DNA from: Chara braunii
Lineage: Eukaryota; Plantae; Charophyceae
Assembly (NCBI GenBank): GCA_003427395.1
Contig: BFEA01000019.1
Span: forward strand, 23,983-87,982
Reading direction: 5' to 3'
DNA: 64,000 nt
In this document: positions 37,321 to 49,224 of the stretch, one piece after another
Layout: each line of letters opens with the position of its first letter
Numbering within the stretch: the first letter of the stretch is position 1
The notes under the pieces: model-generated
What the model was told of the DNA's origin: nothing
What the model saw: the letters and a program-made list of their open reading frames with translations, nothing else
Databases searched by the model: none
Position numbers and translations under genes: made by a program

Positions 37321-40259
37321 ATTATATTTTGACAGGTGGCGATTTTGGCAATCCACCCTGAATAGGAGAGATTATGTCGGGGTCTACCTTTGCTTTGGGC
37401 ACGACTTACAGGTAGATTCAGGCTTAGTTAATTAAGGTGATTTGAGTGGGATCGTGATATGGGGGTTATTCTCCATGGACTTATAGGTTCAGCCTGGGGA
37501 TTGACATGTCTTGTGTTACAGGCCATCTTGATCGATTTGATTCAGGATTTGAACTAGTTCCAGATTGATCCTACGAGGATCGTCTTCTGTTATCACTGAT
37601 AACAGTTATCACTGATAACAGGTCGGTTGCCGATTCGTCGGTCTTCGACTCAATTTCAACTCATTCCCCATACTCAACCTAAAAGGCTTTAGTCCTGGTG
37701 GTTTTACTATTTGTTAAGGGTTTTACCTGGACTTTTATTGAATGGTCATTTGACAAAGGTACTGAGTATTTAATTAAGGTTGGTTGGATCGGCGATTGGG
37801 GCTTGCATGGCTAAAGCAAAGGGGTATGAGCATAGAGAATGGTTGGGGTTGACTCTGTGTGGTGCGTGCTTTGTCGCTTGATTCTTGGTGTGGTTGCAGG
37901 TATGTCCTGTGGCTTGGATTTTGGATTTGGACTACCTGCGATTCCATATACATATGCACGGTTGTGAGGCGTCTCACTGTGCCTGTGAGGAGTGACCGTC
38001 ATAACTCTATCCCCTTATGCATTTATGCGCGAGTATCCATACGATGGGTATCCAAGGGGCCCAAGGGGGCCGTGCTAGTAGCCGCGCGGAGGTTGGGACT
38101 GAGGGACAGGGAAGAACCCCCCCCCCCTTCTGCCTATTTACGTCTTGGGGCTTTTCTAGTCGGATGTTGGTCCTGGGTCGGGATTCGAGGTCCTTGTCCA
38201 AGACATCCCAAGCCCTAGGCCAAAAAGGGGAGGGGTCTTCCCTTGCATAGAGCCTATTTATTTTGGCCGGCGGGACACTCCGCCTGGAGGGCGGAAATGT
38301 CGCAAGGGCCGAACGGCGTATCCTTCAGCCGTTCAATATCGTGAGGGGTAACCCATCGCGATGAGTTCCGTCAGCCATTCAATATCGCGAGGCCGAAGCC
38401 GCGGTTACTACATATGATTGGCATCATTGGTTGACATAGGGTTGGCCTGCGGCCGCGCAATTTTATATCGGAGCCCTGCGCGCGACGCCTCGCCGCCCCC
38501 GGCGTCTAAAAGTTATGGGACTGCTGGGCTTGCGCGTAGGCGCAGCGCTTGGGATTATTGTACGCCGCCGGCACGGGCCGTAGAAGGGAAGTGTGTCCAA
38601 GAGCCATTAATTTTTGTTTTAAGGGCCGGGAGACCCTCGCCCTATGCCTCTTCTTAGATTCGTGCGGTCTTGTTGCTTCTGAAAGATTTTTTTATGGTTG
38701 GACATTGTAGTCCGTGGCAGCCGTCAAAGTCAAACTCCTTGACTTTCGCCCAGGCCCCGGGGAGGACTCACCCCTAGGGCCGCAAGAGACGACTACCACC
38801 ACAGGCATGGGCTTGTGTACCACCCACTCTTCGTAAGGGTGCAGAAGAGGGTGTATGGTCTTCAACCGCGCATGGCGGTTGTTCGGCGTCGAAAGATTAA
38901 CGCTCTAGATGTATGTCAGCCGACACTTGAGTGTCGAGCGCGACCCTCGAGGTTAACTAGGACCGCGTGAGTATGGGTACTACATTGTACGCCATCCTTG
39001 TGAGCGCTTGCGTAAGCTTGCACTGCGAGTCCGTATGAGTTAGCCCTGCGTTCGCGCGATTTTTATATTAAGTCTCGCGCGCGACGCCCACTCGATTTTT
39101 GCATTGGGAAGTTATGGGACGGCCACCTCGGGGCTAGGAGCGAGGTCGCGTTGTTCGAGTAGTGCCAACGTTGTCCGTGTTGCGGCGTGCTGTATGTGCG
39201 TGAGTGCGTGCGCTTGTGTGCCTTTCACATGTTCGTAGAGTGGTGTGCGCGTGGCGTGTGGGATGTGTCCTAGTCGACCGACGACGAGCCGCGCTTGGGG
39301 CTTCAGCCCCCCAAGATGGCGGTTCGCGTGCGGGTCCGATAGGCGTATTACCGCGCGTACCCCCTATGCTACAGCGAACGAGAAACGCCCTCGGCTGGTC
39401 CACCTCTGCGATTGCAACTGATCAACTTTCGTATTGTGGACTGGTAGCTCGGCGAGGATACGCCCACCGATGGGAGGTGACAGCTCCCGTAAGGTGGAGG
39501 TAAGTTGTGCCTCGCGTAGGCCCTATCCTGTCGTAGGGGCTCGCGAGAGGTATGGCTGGCGCACTCGGCCGGAGCGGCCTAAGGAAGCTCCACTCGCGCG
39601 TTATGTCGAGATTGATCCAACTCCTGCGTGACGTGGCCAAAAGGGTCCCGCGCCGCCGCGTGCAGTGCCGGGCCGATGCGCTGGACAGCGGGGGTGCGGG
39701 GTGCGGGTGGNNNNNNNNNNNNNNNNNNNNNNNNNNNNNNNNNNNNNNNNNNNNNNNNNNNNNNNNNNNNNNNNNNNNNNNNNNNNNNNNNNNNNNNNNN
39801 NNNNNNNNNNNNNNNNNNNNNNNNNNNNNNNNNNNNNNNNNNNNNNNNNNNNNNNNNNNNNNNNNNNNNNNNNNNNNNNNNNNNNNNNNNNNNNNNNNNN
39901 NNNNNNNNNNNNNNNNNNNNNNNNNNNNNNNNNNNNNNNNNNNNNNNNNNNNNNNNNNNNNNNNNNNNNNNNNNNNNNNNNNNNNNNNNNGGGTCGGGGC
40001 ACCGACGGGGTTGTTTTGGGGTGAGCGGGGATGGGGCACCTCCGCGGGGAGGGTCCGGGGGTCAAACCCCTACCCCGGCTTTGCCCCCAGGGGCCCCCCC
40101 CTAACAACCTTGCCTGGAGGGCCCTGTTTTTTAGGGAGCTTCCATATTCACTCGATCGGATCTACGGCCAGATCATGAATCGATGTGGAGGGTTGGAACA
40201 CCCATTTCTGCCCCTTTTCTTCTATCACCCTTACCCGGTATACTGATGAATTATCCTTC

Positions 40260-42975
40260 CATTCAAAGGGGAATCCATTCCCTTGGAGGGTGCCCGATTT
40301 GGTGATGGCGAGGTGCTCGACCAGAACACAATGGGAGGCGACAATGTGGATCTAACCCACCCATAGTGGGGTCTCTAATCCTACCACCCAATCCCCTTCC
40401 TTTAAGGTAGGTCCATGTTTCAGAATTCGGTACCATGCCAGTGGGATAATTTCAATCAGGTAGTCCAGGTGTTCTTCTATATGGTGGCAGTACCGCAGAC
40501 TTTTCTTCAATTGGTCTCCCGTTTTCCAATCTTGCTTGTCTCTATCCCATAGGTCTCCCACCCGGAGTATCCCCCTTTTGACCCAACTGCGCCAAGGTGT
40601 AGACGAGCTCGTCAAAACCCTGCCTGCCGAATCTGTTACCCACCGGTTTCCGAGCAGGGACTGACGGCAGACTTCTTCCCACCGTTCAAGGTGAGCTTTG
40701 TCCGGGAGTGGCAGTTTGCGCCAAGTTCCTAGCAAGGACGGCCCGAAGGTGTCCGTTGTCTGGCCGCCATCCTGCCCTTCCCTCCCATGGGGAAGTTTGT
40801 GCGGGATCGACCAAAAAAGGTCTTCCAACCATATCAGGGGGTGGGTAGTTTGGGAGGTTCTCGGGGTTAACCGGGCCAAGGGTTCTTAGGCGAGTACGCA
40901 CCATGGACTCTGGGGGTAGAAGATGAGCTTTTTAATCCATTTTAATCGTAAGGCCTATACTTGAGTGTCTGGGTCGATTATCCCCAGACCTCCCCTTGCC
41001 TTTGGTTGGATTATTGAATCCCACGCTACTCGGCTTATTAAGTTATTAAGCTCACCATCCCCCCTCCACAGGAAGGCCGTCACTTTCTTCTCAGACTGCT
41101 TAGGGCTGCTTTAGTCAGAGGCCATAGCAGTGACTTATACCATAAAGAGGCGAAGATTACGTTGTTGAGCAGTAAGACGCGGCCGAACAAAGATGTATGT
41201 TTATTTCTCCAATTGTTAAGTTTCTATTGAGCCCGGGCGTTGATCCAGTCATCATTTGTTGGTGGGCGCCCTTCTGTGGTCATCGTTACCCCCAGAATTC
41301 TTACTGGTTTATCTAATGGCATGCAATGAGTGGAGACTCCGAAGGGCGTCTCCCTTGATAATGAATCCACCATCCTTGTGTTTTGCTCCCCCAGTTGACA
41401 GTCAGATCTGAGACCTAGCAAACTTATTCATCATCGATTGGATTTCCTCCATGTTGCTGTGTGTGGCTTCTGCAAGTATTGTGAGGTTGTCTGCAAAAAG
41501 GGAGCAAATGGGGATTGCGTCCTCCGGGATGTGTGTGACTTGGATTCTGGTGATGTTCTTATTTGCCCGGAGGCTAGCCGCTAGTGCCTCCATGATGACC
41601 AAGAACAAAAAGGGGGCAATTGGGTCCCCTTGGCGAACCGACCGTTCCAGACGTAAAGGAGGTGCCAAACTTCCGTTGACCTGAACACAAATTGTTGCGT
41701 TGTGATGTAGAATCCATATCCAGCGTATGAAATTCGGTCCAAAATTCATTTTTTCCAGGCACCTGTCCAAGAACAGCCAGTCCACATGGCCATAGGCTTT
41801 TTCGAAGTCTATGAAGACCAGGGCTGCATTTTGTCGGGAGTGTTTTGTGAGTTGGAGTACTTCATGGATTAACATGATGTTCTCTTGTATGTTCTTATTT
41901 TCCATGAAGCCTGTTTGTGAAGGATGAATAACTTCTTCCATGACTGGGATCATCCTATTAGCTAAGGCTTTAGACAACATCTTATAAACCACTGTAAGTA
42001 GGGTGATCGAACGGTAGTTTCTGATGTCCATTTTGTCCCCTTTCTTGTAAAGGAGGGTCAGTACTCCTTGCCCCACCCTTTCCCCCATTCTTCCTGTGAG
42101 TCATACTTCTTTATAGAAATCCATGATGTCTTGGCTCAGGAAACCCCATGTGGATTCCCAAAATTTTTTAGGAAAGTCGTCAATTCCAGATGCTTTTTCT
42201 TCCTTCATCTGGAGGAGGGCAGTCCATATTTCTTGTTTGGAGAGTGAAATTTCTAGGGATTCCCGTTGTTCATCGGTTAGGGTTTTGTTGAGTGGTTGGA
42301 GGAATTCTATTAACAGGTGATCGTGTTGTGGCGAGTCTGACCTATCTATGTGCGAGGAGAAGAGATCTTTATAGAAATCGTATGTGATTTTGGTGCACCT
42401 CGCCGTGGTCACAGCCGGGTCCGCCTCTCTGGCGTGTGGTTCGTAGAGTGCTTCAATTGTGGTTCTTTTGAGGCATGTCCTGGCTAAGCCAAAAAAATTT
42501 GAATTCATCAGGCCTTCTGTGGAGAATCTGGACAGTCTTGCCCTCGTTTGGGCTCCCTGCCATCGATACCGTGCATGTTGCAAGAGTTGGTTTTTCAGGT
42601 CTAGTATCCAGTTCTGTAATTCGGGGGATGGTTGTTCATGCCCTTGCGATATTTGTTTTTGTTCTGCGTCTGCCAAGTTGTGCGTTAGTGTGATCTCGTG
42701 CGAATGTCTCTGAGCGGCCAAAAGTTTTGAGTATTCATTACATTTTCTAGCTAGGAAGAAGAGTCCATTGTTGAACCATTCTATTGGTGAGTCATGGTGG
42801 CTAGCTAGGAAGAAGAGTCCGTTGTTGAACCATTCTATTGGTGAGTCTTGGTGGGGGCGCTGGTCTTTCCAGTAGTCTCATGCTTGCTGTAGATATGTGA
42901 GGAACTCTTGGGACTTGAGAAGTGAGGTGTTAAGTTTGTAATAGCTAGTTCCTTGGTCTGTTTTTTTTCGGAAGG
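40260..42975 (-). mobile_element. Decayed LINE ORF2 fragment (end of endonuclease, RT, post-RT)
   Basis: DFEKAYG, RQGDPIAPFLF, LFADNL (41402-42088); GTSYYKLNTSLL. Confidence 0.9.
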
Positions 42976-43112
42976 TCCATACAGACCACAACATCATTGT
43001 TGTTGTTGTTATCGTCGCTGTTATTGTCGTTATGTTGTAATTGTTGTTGCTCCCGGGCCCGCACGAGCTCAGGATCCCTCCTTCCATACCACTGTCGTGC
43101 GCAATGCTACTG

Positions 43113-43124
43113 TTGTTGGTGTAG

Positions 43125-43161
<37 letters not shown>
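43113..43161. repeat. (GTT)n microsatellite within a Thr/Asn-rich minus-strand ORF
   Basis: Direct sequence. Confidence 0.9.
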
Positions 43162-43162
<1 letters not shown>

Positions 43163-44022
43163 GATATTGGTGTACTGTGCAGATGTCAGTGTCTTAATCA
43201 CAGGCTCTATCGGTATAATTGATGTCGCTAATGTTATCGTCGTGAGCACCATAGATGTTGATGTAATCATCGCCACATCAGTAGTTGTCGTTGTTGTAAT
43301 CGTTGTTGCAGTCGTCGTAGTCTGTCGCGGACACTTGTCATCATACTCGACGAGCCCCTCCTGTGCACGCTCTTCCAATTCAGTTCGCAGGTCATGTGCC
43401 TCGTCAAAAAGCGCATAATATCTCTCCATCAAGATATCCACCTGCCACCAGTTAATGAAAGTGTCCAAACGTGGGTCTGGCCCCTCAGCTTCCCAGATAA
43501 CTTCCATAATGGACAGAGTCATATCCTTCACCCATTGCTCCAGTCCCGAGGCCGCTCCCCCATCGACCTCTGGCCAAGCCTTCGCTGTTGTGGATAAGGC
43601 ATCCACCAGATCCTGCAATTGACATTGACCCACCTCCAGGAACGAAATCCACTGATCAGCTTCATATTGTAGATTAGTGCTTGTCGACGTCATCCCTAGC
43701 AACAGCATGTATCCCCACGTGCCCAGATGAGATGCCCTCTAAGTAGAAAACGCGCCGTCTAATTAACACCCTACACGCCCGTCGCCGACGTACCGTCTCC
43801 TGTCGTACCCAGTGAGAAGTGCACCATCGCCCAGTCAAAAGACCAAGTCGAATATACAATAAATTTATCAATTCAAATTATATAATAAAAATACAAAAAC
43901 AATGACAAAGAGTAATAATGCAATAATACAGAATTTATATCTATATCCATATCTATTCTATCTAGATATGGATATAGATATTCTACTTATTCTAATTAGT
44001 TTATTGATACAAATAATATCCT

Positions 44023-44399
44023 CTTTTTTTTTTCTTTTTTTTTTTTGAAATGGGCCCAGTGCCCAAGGCTCCAATAATGAACTTGATTACAACATTTAAG
44101 CACATGCCTCTTCCCATTAGGGCTGGAAGAGCCTCAGCCACTGCTCCCCTGGAAGCAGCTTCCCTGCATGACACGAATATAGAATAATTACAGGGCATTG
44201 ATTGCTTCCTCAGGAAGGATTAACCCCGCTTTGTGCTGAGTCAAGCTCTGCCCTACTCGGCTCCTCAACTATCCACTACAGTTCTGTACAGTGAGGAGTA
44301 GGGAGATTCAAATAAGGTAAAGAGATTAATGACAGGGCAAGCTAGTTTGGTAGTTTAGCAGTTTAATGAGCTTCCCCCCACGATCCTATTTAGCCACTG
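44023..44399 (-). mobile_element. SINE-like retroelement, family B copy 2
   Basis: 12-bp TSD AAATAATATCCT (44011-44022 and 44400-44411); poly(T) 44024-44046; similar to 25561-25950. Confidence 0.9.
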
Positions 44400-45257
44400 A
44401 AATAATATCCTATAAAGAACCCTCCTAGCAAGGACACCGGTTTTCAACAAAAAAAAAAAAAAAAAAAAAAAAAAAGCATACCAGATTGTACATCCTTTGG
44501 TTTTCTTTGTCTTTTTCTTTTCTTTCCTTTTATTTCATGCTGGACAGCCTAAACAAGCTAGACCGAGTGGACCCTATCGAACAGTCTGCCTGCCAGGGTT
44601 GAAATCCCTGCAACATTATGAATGTGAACACAATGGAAACCCCAATATTTTGCGCCAGACCGGTGTTCAGAACTGGAGCAACCAACCTAACAGTTCCAGG
44701 CCTACTGGGTCAAAGGTGCGGAGGCAAAGGGGGGGGGTGAAAGAGGGGGCAAACCATATGTGTTTAGTGCCTGCCAATGTTTTTGGGCATGTGTGTTTTT
44801 GGAAGCATTCTTTCCCAACACAGGAGCACCTACGTCGACTTCTCTTTTTTTTAACCGACGCACACACAGGTGCCCCATCTATTCTGGGGGGCGGAAGTGC
44901 AGTTGCTTTTTACCGGCAAGCGTGAACAGAAACAAGAATTCCCAAGTAGGGGGAAGAGTCACTTTGGTGGCTTTGGCCACAACCCATGCCCGGGAGACTC
45001 CCTATGGTACCCCGAAACCCAAAACCCCTTCACCTGTAAACAGAGTTCCCTTCCCCCTGATGTCAATTTTTCCTTTAACCGCTGGTACACGGGGCCAGCC
45101 TTGCTGAAAACAAACTCGTCGCCTGCAAGTTTCTTCCGAAAACGACGGTGCAGGTGGGCTGTCGATAAAAAGAATCGGTGGCCTGCGTCGCTTACCGGAT
45201 TCTGACGGGCGCACGCGACCGATAGCTGGATGTACTTGTGCCTTAACATAGCAGCAC

Positions 45258-45295
45258 CTGTCTCTTATACACATCTAGATGTGTATAAGAGACAG
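45258..45295. other. Nextera mate-pair junction adapter (two Tn5 mosaic ends), assembly contaminant
   Basis: Exact CTGTCTCTTATACACATCT + AGATGTGTATAAGAGACAG. Confidence 0.98.
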
Positions 45296-45410
45296 TCTTC
45301 TGTCTTTTTCTTTTTCTTTTTTTTTTTGGGTAGTAGGGGTGCTGATACGAGCAGACACCACTATTACTGCCGGGGAGGCTCCATCTATTGGTGGGGAGCA
45401 ACACCTGCTG
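45296..45410 (-). mobile_element. Short LINE 3'-tail retrocopy
   Basis: Poly(T), terminal hairpin and second pseudoknot of the shared tail. Confidence 0.8.
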
Positions 45411-45658
45411 TCCCAACCTCTACCAACAAATTAAAAGGTCTATCCCATTGCAGCTTTTTACAAGGTGCCTCACTGTGCATGAACCTGGTCGTAAAACCAG
45501 CCGGGTGTGCTCTAGCTGGCCACAAACAGCCCAAACAGTGTGACCTGACCCTTAGTAACCCTTGTTTTTCAATTTTTCTTAATACTGGATTCAAACTTGG
45601 GCCTGTATTTTAACAGTTCATGTGTGTACCGATTGACCAGGTCGGGTCGTTCCCTTGA

Positions 45659-45818
45659 GCCACCAGTACCTTTCCACTATATCGGCCATGGGCGGAAAAA
45701 AAAGGCCCGAAATGAAAAATGGGCCGCCTATGAAATTCATCAACGGCGCCCGATCCTGCTTGGGTTCCGCGTAACCGGGTGTGGAATCGATTTCCAAGCG
45801 GGGAAAGGTACTGGTGGT
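45659..45818. mobile_element. MITE at a TTAA-like site, abutting the hydrolase stop codon
   Basis: TIR (G/A)CCACCAGTACCTTTCC; flanks TTGA and TTAA; same TIR family as 59701-59999. Confidence 0.75.
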
Positions 45819-46934
45819 TTAAGCGTATCCCATTGCCTTGTCCAGCTGTTTCACTGTCAGCTCTGCGTAAATTCTCTGTTGTTCCTCCTGTCCGATCAAA
45901 CCGACCCGACTGCCAAGCTGATAGCCATAATCTCCCACTTGATGGTGGTTTGCCCCTTCCACGGCTATGAATGTTGTAGCTGTTTTATTCACGACCAATC
46001 CAAACCCTCGTGGCGGAGGCTCGATGGCCTGATACTTAGAACTGTCGGGATCATCACCAAATAATCCATCGAGGGTCCCATAGATTTGTGTAACCGGTAG
46101 AGGCGACAATGTCAAATTCGCAGCAGGGCCACCACGCGCCAGAGTACTGAATGCGCCGGAATGCATGACGAGAGCTGCAAGGCGATGGCGGGTGGAGGAG
46201 GCCGCGTAGTTGAAGGCACAAATACCTCCGAACGAGTGGCCACCTACAGCCCATTTGTCCTCCGGTACAATGCTCAAGATTGTGTGATTTCCGGTCGAGC
46301 GCAAGATATCCTCTGCAACAATAGGTTCCAATGCAATTCGACGAGACATTTGAGGAATGACGACCATGTACCCGCGTGTCGAGATCTGAAAGGCTAGGGG
46401 AAAGTAGGCCCTAGCATCCACAAATGCCCCTGGGAAGTAAATTAAACCCCCTCTTGTGGCATTTGGTTTGAATACCCACATGTTCCGTCGTGGCTTTTCC
46501 AGCTTGCTAGAGTTGGAGGGCATCTCCGTAGGAACGGGTAGTGTGATTTGCTCAACAGGCATTCCGCCAGGAGGATAGACTTTCGATTCATTTTGGCCAG
46601 GCTGAAGAAGAGTGTTGTCGCCATAGGAAAGGGCCCTTGCTGTTGCCTGGTACATTCTTACGGGCAAACGCCGAAGCACCACCACATCTTCGCCCACGAT
46701 CACCGTCTCCATTACCGCCGTTGATGATCCTCCCGTCCCGTTGCCTCCTTCACTGGTTGCATTTCCCAATATGCTATTGTTACGGCATGTTGAATAGGCG
46801 AAGTCATAGTGACCCTTCGTTGGGAACGGGTTTGAACCCATATCTCCTGGAATCCGACGGAAGCTTTCCTGCACTTTACTTGGGGGCATGATGTCGTCTA
46901 AAAGCCCGTAGTTAAGCACAATGTGAAGGTTAGC
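45819..46934 (-). CDS. Alpha/beta hydrolase (Abhydrolase_5-like), large terminal exon
   Basis: Intact ~370 codons. GLIYFPGAFVDARAY, nucleophile elbow GHSFGG, YGTLDG (Asp), EGANHHQVGDYGYQ (His). Phase-0 acceptor TAAACAG at 46935 with a CTAAC branch-like site ~30 nt upstream. Upstream exon not located. Confidence 0.85.
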   Translation of the reverse strand, partial: ANLHIVLNYGLLDDIMPPSKVQESFRRIPGDMGSNPFPTKGHYDFAYSTCRNNSILGNATSEGGNGTGGSSTAVMETVIVGEDVVVLRRLPVRMYQATARALSYGDNTLLQPGQNESKVYPPGGMPVEQITLPVPTEMPSNSSKLEKPRRNMWVFKPNATRGGLIYFPGAFVDARAYFPLAFQISTRGYMVVIPQMSRRIALEPIVAEDILRSTGNHTILSIVPEDKWAVGGHSFGGICAFNYAASSTRHRLAALVMHSGAFSTLARGGPAANLTLSPLPVTQIYGTLDGLFGDDPDSSKYQAIEPPPRGFGLVVNKTATTFIAVEGANHHQVGDYGYQLGSRVGLIGQEEQQRIYAELTVKQLDKAMGYA

Positions 46935-47063
46935 CTGTTTACAAAGGAAGGAGGAAATTCATGCAGAGTTAGCAAGGAACGGGGATTTGAAAAAAAAAAA
47001 GAAGGAAAAAAAAGCCTGTGCTTCTTTGTTTTTAAAAAAGGGGAAAAATAGCCAGTCCTTCTT

Positions 47064-47065
<2 letters not shown>

Positions 47066-47097
<32 letters not shown>

Positions 47098-48121
47098 GTT
47101 TAACATCGTTTCAGACCAAACCTGCCGGCGCCAGGGTTGTGTGGGCCCCTGGTGATAGAAGGCGGTCCATCCCTCGATGGCTCCGATCTATTCGTGGGGA
47201 GCCGCACCTGCTGGAAACCGGGTCCAGCGTCCCATACATTCATACAATTCTGAAATAGTATTGGTGAGACCTTTTGTGAAGGCACAGCAAGAACCAGGGC
47301 CTCTTCACCCTGAGGCGCCAGAAGAACGTGAACTACTAGCCCCAGAACCTGCCATGACTCTGACTAACCACTACCGGATTCACCACTTGAAAGACCTGGT
47401 CACCATAGCTCTGAAAAGGATCTGCAGGATCTGACCGTTCCAACGAAGCTTACTGCTCGAGATCTATTGTAACACAACTGTACTTGTAGCACAACTGTAA
47501 TCTCATTACCTTTCACGGGGGACGTGGGCCCATCAGCCAAGGTTCAATGCATATCCTGCCAGCAGTAGACTTCAGCATCCTCACCTTTTGCCCCCACGTT
47601 CTGAAGAACCACATTTTGGCATTTTTCTTATGCTTAACTCAATTGTTTTTTCTCCAGTCCGCCCAGATGAGCACTCTGATATTCTCAAAGACAAAATTCA
47701 TTACTGCCAGGTCTGAGTAGGATTTTCTGCGGAATATTCTGTCATTCCTCATTCTCCAAATAACGTACATGATTGCTGCTATACAAGACAAGGCCACATA
47801 ACACCAGCCCGGTCTAGCCTCACCTGCATTGGCCACTATGCCTCCTACTACCAAACGCTCATCCCAACCGATTTTGACCCCTACGTGCTTGTCCCACAGC
47901 TTTTCCCACCACTCCCAGACTCTTCTGGATTCCACGCATTCCCACCACAGGTGGGTCGATGTTTCTACTTTCTTCTTACATCTGCAGCATATAGCTTCCA
48001 TCTCCAGTTCATTGTCAGCAAGCCATTTCGCTGTGGGTACTGCTCTATGTGATTGGATCCATACCAAACTGCGGAATTTGGCTGACGATATTCCTCGTAG
48101 GTCTTGCCGCATCTTCCTCAA
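47066..48121 (-). mobile_element. 5'-truncated LINE (zinc-finger end plus tail), probably intronic
   Basis: CCRC...ETSTHLWWEC, WRMRNDRIF; tail motif 47179-47233; poly(T) 47066-47094. Confidence 0.9.
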
Positions 48122-48126
48122 AGAGG

Positions 48127-48159
<33 letters not shown>

Positions 48160-48237
48160 TCCTTTGTAACCGCCATATTCCAGAATGAATCTGGTCACGA
48201 ATGAATCTCCTGAAGTGACCGTTTTTTACCGTTAAGG

Positions 48238-48293
<56 letters not shown>

Positions 48294-49224
48294 TTGAAAC
48301 TGAGTGTTCGGAGAATTGCGGGTGGATTTCAGGAGGTGTTTAGCGATCGTGAAAAAGGATTCGTAGTTTTTCTCATCATCTATATTCATAGTTTTCTCAT
48401 AGGGCAAGGAGGTATTTAAAGCACCAGTACGCGGCTACCTGGGTCGAGGGCCTGACACCGCAAATTCCAGAAGCGTGAAACGAAGAAGTGACCACCGATT
48501 CAATTTATCAACAGCAGGCCCAGCGTTTGACGTTTTGGCCTCGTTTTCTTGTGCCACTGGCGACAAGTTTTGGACTGCAAGGCTGGGGCCGTGTATTGGC
48601 GGTTGAAATCCGAGTTAATGAAGGAAGGGTTAAAGGGGTCATTGATCATGTGGTCATGAATCTTTATCGAAAAAAAAAGCACAGGGCGGCAGTTTCCAAG
48701 TATATCCACAGGTGACAGGCCCCAGGTAATTTGAGATTATTATTGAATTTATTGTACATTTTATGTCATGATTATTGGTTATCGAGTTTCTGTTATGACA
48801 GGTATGTTGAGAGTTTGTTGCTCGGACCTCCTCCAGGTCTTATGTCCGATTGGACCCTGCGCCGAACCATCGGATGGTCTGGTGTCGCCGATCGGGGCGC
48901 GGTGCGAAAGGCATGATGCGCGATCGGTTGGTGCACCAACATCCACAATCCACACTGTCAGGTGTCGCAGTTTGATGAGCTCGCCAGACCATCAGACGGT
49001 GGTGTTGTGTTCAGGAGAGCACCTCTCGTTTTGTGGTTGGCGTGTTGGAAGGTCCCTGCGATAATGAAGTGATCACTAACAACGTATCCGAATGCTTTGC
49101 ATAAACTATGCACACTTCCAACATCAATAATGAGAAGGGGAGCTGCCCTCATGCGTCGCAGTGGTCCTCTGCATACGGAGGACAGTGAGGCGGGTCGTAT
49201 GGAACAGGGTCCGGAGTCCCCGCG

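Larger units (their letters stand above)
26290..39710 (+). mobile_element. Large 5'-truncated Ty3/Gypsy-like LTR retrotransposon; 3' boundary and LTR not resolved
   Basis: Integrase C-terminal half followed by a Gag-like ORF and a long 3' region. Continuity beyond ~30 kb and across the N-gap is inferred. Confidence 0.6.

Noticed and set aside
31094-37520. LTR termini TGTAACG...TGTTACA
   Set aside because: No second LTR, TSD, PBS or PPT to support them.
45258-45295. Tn5/IS50 transposon ends or horizontal transfer
   Set aside because: Exact sequencing adapter.
48195-48407. Upstream exon of the hydrolase (donor-like CAAG|GT at 48293)
   Set aside because: The open frame gives phase 1 but the acceptor needs phase 0; the phase-0 frame has a stop 12 codons upstream.
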